The notes beneath the pieces were generated by a model. That model saw nothing but the letters and a program-made list of their open reading frames with translations. It had not been told where the DNA came from and did no database searches. A program made the position numbers and the translations under genes. Source: an uncultured virus (IMG/VR IMGVR_UViG_3300031963_000086) (taxonomy: Duplodnaviria; Heunggongvirae; Uroviricota; Caudoviricetes). From it: a stretch of DNA of 20,000 bases. Shown here piece after piece: positions 16,080-20,000 of the stretch. Where the stretch lies: IMG/VR virus record IMGVR_UViG_3300031963_000086; one strand, given 5' to 3'. Position 1 is the stretch's first letter, and every line of letters begins with the position of its first letter.

Positions 16080-16445
16080 TTAGTTGCCCTTGTACTTAAT
16101 TAACTTGTAGTGCGAGAATTTACCATCCACAATCACATTGTCAATCTTGTAGTGTTTTCTCAAACGGAAAATAACGCCCGCCAATCTTTTAATACCAAGT
16201 TCTTTTGCACGGGCAAAATCAATCGTGCCATTCACCATCAATTCGGTGATAACGATGTTCTTTTGGTCTACCTTTAATTCCGACTCTCCTTTTTCGGGAT
16301 GGTGGGGTCGTTCCGCAAACAAATGCACCTCATCCTCAACTACGGGGTGTTCTACTACGGGGCTTTCCAAACGGCTCGTCTTAATGGTTTGCTTTGCTAC
16401 CATAATTAAAACTAGCACTAACAATGTGATGATTGCAATAATCAT
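16080..16445 (-). CDS. N-terminal TM segment plus C-terminal winged HTH (HTH_39-like)
   Basis: MIIAIITLLVLVLIMVA; then LMVNGTIDFARAKELGIKRLAGVIFRLRKHYKI...FSHYKL. Confidence 0.65.
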   Translation of the reverse strand: MIIAIITLLVLVLIMVAKQTIKTSRLESPVVEHPVVEDEVHLFAERPHHPEKGESELKVDQKNIVITELMVNGTIDFARAKELGIKRLAGVIFRLRKHYKIDNVIVDGKFSHYKLIKYKGN

Positions 16446-16597
16446 AAGTACGCCTCCTCTTCTTCTAGTTCTTCATCTTCGTCTTCAACGATGTCCGCTT
16501 CGTCTTCGTCATCATGGTGAATTGGTTCTCCCGAACCATCGTAAGGCTCTATCAAGTGATAGGCTTCTTCTTCGTGATAATTTGGTTGTGTTGTCAT
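16442..16597 (-). CDS. 51-aa highly acidic protein MTTQPNYHEEEAYHLIEPYDGSGEPIHHDDEDEADIVEDEDEELEEEEAYL
   Basis: Manual translation. It starts 8 nt after a -7 element, its stop overlaps the next ATG (ATGA), and it has 22 D/E with no K/R. Confidence 0.75.
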   Translation of the reverse strand: MTTQPNYHEEEAYHLIEPYDGSGEPIHHDDEDEADIVEDEDEELEEEEAYL

Positions 16598-16605
16598 AGT
16601 GTTTT

Positions 16606-16632
16606 CAAATGTAATGTTATTTTTGAGAATAT
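16606..16632 (-). promoter_or_regulatory. -7 promoter element with operator-like site (16617-16632)
   Basis: TACATTTG on the minus strand; operator TTATTTTTGAGAATAT; same layout as 2738-2765. The -33 element is weak. Confidence 0.6.
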
Positions 16633-16983
16633 CTATTTATTGTCCAACAATTTTGATAACTCTCTCCCCACATACGCCCCTACAACCATTGTTGCCAATA
16701 CTCCAATAAAGTTCAAACCCAACACAATTAGCGAATTTACAAATGGTTGCGATACAATAATGAATGTCTTTTCAAAGATTGGCTTAAATGTAATTAGCGT
16801 TGCGCCAACGATACACAACGATATAATTACTTTGTAGATGACTTTACTTTTCTTTTGATAGGTATTCCTATTCTCAAAGTAAACCCAACTAAACGATTTG
16901 ATTTTGTCGTGTATTGGGATAAGCACCCCAACAAGAGAAAAAATTACGAGAGAAACGATGGTAAATAAATGTAAGTGTATCAT
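16633..16983 (-). CDS. Three-TM membrane protein
   Basis: Three hydrophobic stretches; ATGA-coupled. Confidence 0.6.
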   Translation of the reverse strand: MIHLHLFTIVSLVIFSLVGVLIPIHDKIKSFSWVYFENRNTYQKKSKVIYKVIISLCIVGATLITFKPIFEKTFIIVSQPFVNSLIVLGLNFIGVLATMVVGAYVGRELSKLLDNK

Positions 16984-17177
16984 TTTGCTAATATGGTTTG
17001 TATTGCTTGTTTGGCTTCGGCAACGACTTGCTTTCTCAATTTGGCTTCGCGCTTGGTAATATATTCAACCATGATGTCATTCAACTTCTTGGGGTCAATA
17101 CTTGGGTTGCCTTCCAAATCGTGGTGTAGTGTACTATCCTCTACCGCGTATTCGATAAAATTTACGATTTCTTCCAT
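16980..17177 (-). CDS. Hypothetical protein
   Basis: Coupled ORF in the minus-strand run. Confidence 0.6.
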   Translation of the reverse strand: MEEIVNFIEYAVEDSTLHHDLEGNPSIDPKKLNDIMVEYITKREAKLRKQVVAEAKQAIQTILAK

Positions 17178-17512
17178 TCTATGATTATTTTACTCATTAT
17201 TTGTATCGGGTACTCTTTGCCCAAACATCCAACCTCGTCACACATACCACAAGGCACATCGCACTTTACGCTTTGGTAGTGTACATCAATAGGGGTGTTG
17301 GTATCCACAAGTTCTTGCATGGTTTTTGGTGACACACACTCATAACCTTTTACAACACTACCTTGGGTTATATATTTGTCAACGCAAGGTGTAACGGCTA
17401 TTTGCTTACCCCATGCTATTTCAACATTGTTTTCGGGATTGTATATCGTATAGTGTGGGCGTTCTTTATCCCTAGTGGGATATTCAACCCTTATCACGCA
17501 TCTCTTTTTCAT
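17162..17512 (-). CDS. Hypothetical Cys-rich protein; first gene of the leftward transcript
   Basis: CDVPCGMCDEVGC; lies directly behind the promoter. Confidence 0.65.
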   Translation of the reverse strand: MKKRCVIRVEYPTRDKERPHYTIYNPENNVEIAWGKQIAVTPCVDKYITQGSVVKGYECVSPKTMQELVDTNTPIDVHYQSVKCDVPCGMCDEVGCLGKEYPIQIMSKIIIEWKKS

Positions 17513-17517
17513 TGTTG

Positions 17518-17551
17518 CAAAGATAAGTTTGGCGGTTATTTTTCAAAATAA
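17518..17551 (-). promoter_or_regulatory. Leftward promoter with perfect-arm operator (17536-17551)
   Basis: Minus strand TTTG-N18-TATCTTTG; operator TTATTTT-TC-AAAATAA overlaps the -33 element. Confidence 0.8.
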
Positions 17552-17611
17552 ATTTTTTAAGGGGATTCACAAATAAAATCGGTTGTTTACTAACAACTTG
17601 CATACAATTAC

Positions 17612-17642
17612 TTGTTATTTTCAAAAAGTGGATGTAGTTTCG
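17612..17642 (+). promoter_or_regulatory. Rightward promoter with degenerate operator (17615-17630)
   Basis: TTG-N20-TAGTTTCG; TTATTTTCAAAAAGTG lies in the spacer. Confidence 0.6.
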
Positions 17643-17649
17643 TTTCGTA

Positions 17650-17943
17650 ATGATAACCTCCCCAATGGAACAAAACGATTATTCTCTCCGCAAGCCCAAT
17701 GAAGCCAAGCGTGAATTGCTTACTTCTATGTTTTACGACACCTTGAACTATATTGAAAACAATGGTGGTGACAAAGCAACATTAGACCGCGTTCGTGATG
17801 CAATCTTCATTCTTGATGGATGGGAAGAGATTTATTTGAACATGGCTTTTCATATGGGTGTTGCCATAGTAGAACCCAATATGCCAAAAGGTCTTTTAGG
17901 CCATAACTACGCTAAAGATTTTTACCATGAACTCAAAAAGTAA
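17650..17943 (+). CDS. Hypothetical protein
   Basis: First gene of the rightward run. Confidence 0.65.
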   Translation: MITSPMEQNDYSLRKPNEAKRELLTSMFYDTLNYIENNGGDKATLDRVRDAIFILDGWEEIYLNMAFHMGVAIVEPNMPKGLLGHNYAKDFYHELKK

Positions 17944-18346
17944 ACCCATTCGCGTAGCCATTCACAAAGACGGAAATGGCAACAAGTTGATTATTGACCA
18001 TTACCCAACGTATGCAAACATCAAGTTGCAACTCAATGCGGAAAAAAGGTCGCGCAACGTAGGTACTTTGGATTTTTCAACACGGGTACTTTGGGTGAAA
18101 CGAGAAAGGGAAAAACACTTGTTCCGTAAAATGAACGCTTATGGGTTGAACCATTACTTGCTCAAGGAAGCAAAATTGTTTGACCATGTTCGTTTGCGCG
18201 ATGAACAACACGATTGGCTTATACCAAGAGAGTTTATTCTTGAGAATGGCAAATTCTTAAACTTTAGCAACCACGGAGGATTTGAATTACAAATATTCAT
18301 ACCCATTGACCTTATCATGGATTTCAAACAAATACCAACTCTATAA
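17927..18346 (+). CDS. Hypothetical phage protein
   Basis: 139-aa coupled ORF; KREREKHLFRKMNAYG...FELQIFIP. Confidence 0.7.
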   Translation: MNSKSKPIRVAIHKDGNGNKLIIDHYPTYANIKLQLNAEKRSRNVGTLDFSTRVLWVKREREKHLFRKMNAYGLNHYLLKEAKLFDHVRLRDEQHDWLIPREFILENGKFLNFSNHGGFELQIFIPIDLIMDFKQIPTL

Positions 18347-18738
18347 TGAACACTTGTAAAAATTGCGATACCGCACTAATTGGGCGTACCGACAAAAAGT
18401 ATTGTAACGACCTATGTAAAAGTCGGTTTCACAACAAAGCCAACAAGGAAACCAACACGGGGGGTTTCGACAAAAACGAAATGACGAATAAACGAAGTAG
18501 CGTTAATTGGTTGATTGAAAAATTTAGTAGTGTTCTTCGTGACACTAATTTTAGTGATGAGCAAAATTTTGATTTGATAAAATACATAGAACAAGCCAAA
18601 GCGATGGAAAAAAAACAACACGGAAAAACTTGGGATGCCTCAATGGACAATTATAAAGCGCGTGGTGGAAACTATGTAAGGGCATATTGTGATTTTGATG
18701 ATTACTATAACGAAACTTACGGAGGTAACAATGAGTGA
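18346..18738 (+). CDS. Zn-finger (CxxC...CxxxC) fused to a QTAVEWL-like module
   Basis: CKNCDTALIGRTDKKYCNDLCK, then MTNKRSSVNWLIEK...IEQAKAMEK...YYNETYGG. Confidence 0.75.
   Translation: MNTCKNCDTALIGRTDKKYCNDLCKSRFHNKANKETNTGGFDKNEMTNKRSSVNWLIEKFSSVLRDTNFSDEQNFDLIKYIEQAKAMEKKQHGKTWDASMDNYKARGGNYVRAYCDFDDYYNETYGGNNE
18703..18731 (+). repeat. Gene-end repeat; second copy at 19235-19263, partial copy at 19536-19547
   Basis: TACTATAACGAAACTTACGGAGGTAACAA vs TACTACAACGAAACCTACGGAGGTAACAA, 27/29 identical. Confidence 0.85.
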
Positions 18739-19267
18739 TACCCAAAATCATAGAATGGAAGCCCTAGAGTGGTGGCGACAATTAACACGACTTGAACAAC
18801 TTGAAATAGTGGGCAAATACTCAAATGGTAAGGACTTTGAATTTATAGCAACGTCATCATCACAAATTCAAAAACTTTACATTGTCGCTACGGCCTACAA
18901 AACCGATTCAATAGAAAAAAATAAATGGCGTATTGAAAACCGAGAACAACTAAGAGAGCAAAGAAAAAAAGAACTAAAAGAACTTATCGAAAAAGACAAA
19001 GAAATGAGCGACAATAAACAAAGTAGCGTAGAGTGGTTGGTTGAACAAATCAAAAAAGACATCAATTTGAGATTGAGAGGATTTGATATTGACAAAGCAC
19101 TTGAACAAGCCGAAGCAATGCGAAAGGATGAAATTAAAAATGCTCAAATGGATATGTTTATTCATGTTAATAATTTGCCTTATGGTTTAGAATATCTTGA
19201 AAAACGACAAAGTGCAGAAGATTTTTCACAACAATACTACAACGAAACCTACGGAGGTAACAAATGA
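18731..19267 (+). CDS. Hypothetical protein with C-terminal QTAVEWL-like module
   Basis: Start placed at MSDTQN; internal MSDNKQSSVEWLVEQI...LEQAEAM...QQYYNETYGG. Confidence 0.7.
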   Translation: MSDTQNHRMEALEWWRQLTRLEQLEIVGKYSNGKDFEFIATSSSQIQKLYIVATAYKTDSIEKNKWRIENREQLREQRKKELKELIEKDKEMSDNKQSSVEWLVEQIKKDINLRLRGFDIDKALEQAEAMRKDEIKNAQMDMFIHVNNLPYGLEYLEKRQSAEDFSQQYYNETYGGNK

Positions 19268-19560
19268 AACTATACACCGAAGAACAAGTGCTAAACACTG
19301 CTGAGGCAATTAGAGATTACCTTAAAAATTACCCAGAAAAATTTCATGAATCAATGATTAAGAAACATATTATGAATTTAGCACCAATCACCACAAAAAG
19401 AACTCTCATCATCTACAATACTAAAGAAACAATGGAAGAAGAAGCAAGACATTTATTAGAGATTCTAAATTGTGATGATTCAACTTTATGGGATAACGCA
19501 GACCATTGCGGAGTTCAAGTAATTGAGGTACCATTAACCTACGGAGGAGGTGAGCAATGA
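19264..19560 (+). CDS. Hypothetical protein (MKLYTEEQV type)
   Basis: ATGA-coupled; ends TYGGGEQ. Confidence 0.65.
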   Translation: MKLYTEEQVLNTAEAIRDYLKNYPEKFHESMIKKHIMNLAPITTKRTLIIYNTKETMEEEARHLLEILNCDDSTLWDNADHCGVQVIEVPLTYGGGEQ

Positions 19561-19766
19561 AACAAACTAGCAAAGAGTGGTTAGAAGACATAGGAACAAC
19601 TATCGCTCCACCAAAGCCAAAAAAGATAGTAGGATGGTATCGTTTAGGTACAAATAAACCATATTGTTCAATTGCTTTTGCTACTTACATAAAACCTAAT
19701 TTAATTAAGCGTTTTTTTATGAGAACCCTATTAGATTTTTACTGGATTAAAGAAGAACAGCAATGA
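19557..19766 (+). CDS. Hypothetical protein
   Basis: ATGA-coupled; starts MKQTSKEWL. Confidence 0.6.
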   Translation: MKQTSKEWLEDIGTTIAPPKPKKIVGWYRLGTNKPYCSIAFATYIKPNLIKRFFMRTLLDFYWIKEEQQ

Positions 19767-19987
19767 CAAACAATAAACAACAAACGGCAGTGGAGCAACT
19801 ATTTGTAAAAATGCTCGATATTCAAGAATCATGCAATCAATTAACTTTTGATGAATATTCAGAATTACTAAACAAGTATCATGAAATCGAAAAGAATCAA
19901 GCAATTAATTTTGCTTTAGATTGCCATGGAATGACCAAAGACCAAATAGAAGAACACTACATTAAAACATACGGACTATACTTATGA
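19763..19987 (+). CDS. QTAVEWL-like module protein
   Basis: MTNNKQQTAVEQL...EIEKNQ...HYIKTYG. Confidence 0.7.
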   Translation: MTNNKQQTAVEQLFVKMLDIQESCNQLTFDEYSELLNKYHEIEKNQAINFALDCHGMTKDQIEEHYIKTYGLYL

Positions 19988-20000
19988 CAAACAATAAACA
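19984..20000 (+). CDS. Start of the next paralog (MTNNK...), truncated by the window edge
   Basis: ATGACAAACAATAAACA is identical to 19763-19779; ATGA overlap. Confidence 0.6.

Larger units (their letters stand above)
1..20000. mobile_element. Bacteriophage genome segment, probable Bacteroidota host
   Basis: Dense short genes with ATGA/TAATG overlaps, a phage replication initiator, an XRE regulator, a polyvalent protein, a tRNA and Bacteroidota-type -33/-7 promoters. No housekeeping synteny. Confidence 0.88.

Noticed and set aside
2108..17551. Many short plus-strand and alternate-frame ORFs in the track (e.g. 3209-3466, 8520-8891, 10292-10747, 16225-16599)
   Set aside because: They overlap well-supported coupled minus-strand genes and have no recognisable motifs.
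18412..19165. Minus-strand ORFs in the right arm
   Set aside because: They are antisense to the coupled plus-strand genes.
18703..19560. CRISPR array or diversity-generating retroelement from the 29-bp repeats
   Set aside because: The repeats are coding gene ends hundreds of bases apart; there is no regular spacing, cas gene or reverse transcriptase.
1..20000. Stop-codon reassignment
   Set aside because: Genes tile densely under the standard code, and TAA, TAG and TGA are all used as stops.

Overview
AT-rich segment of a large tailed-phage genome, most likely infecting Bacteroidota. This rests on the TTG-N18-21-TAnnTTTG promoters, dense overlapping genes, a phage replication initiator, a tRNA and a polyvalent protein. 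The main finding is a translationally coupled minus-strand cassette (6170->4212) encoding a CmoA-like carboxy-SAM synthase, an AroQ chorismate mutase and a C5 DNA methyltransferase homolog whose motif X Asn is replaced by Arg (GRSVPP). Together these give a self-contained route chorismate -> prephenate -> Cx-SAM -> 5-carboxymethylcytosine in DNA, followed directly by a GT4 glycosyltransferase. A sugar-tailoring cluster (Gmd, FkbM, NDP-sugar C-methyltransferase, DUF4254-like, GT9-like, GT2) lies upstream. Other notable features: a partial polyvalent protein missed by the ORF track (DUF5661-ART-GNAT-ART, with xxGG junctions), a 16-bp palindromic operator repeated at six promoters, strong CAG/CTG avoidance, several unannotated small ORFs (one extremely acidic), and a paralogous gene-cassette family with shared DNA ends. 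All family calls come from motif recognition by eye; no searches were run.
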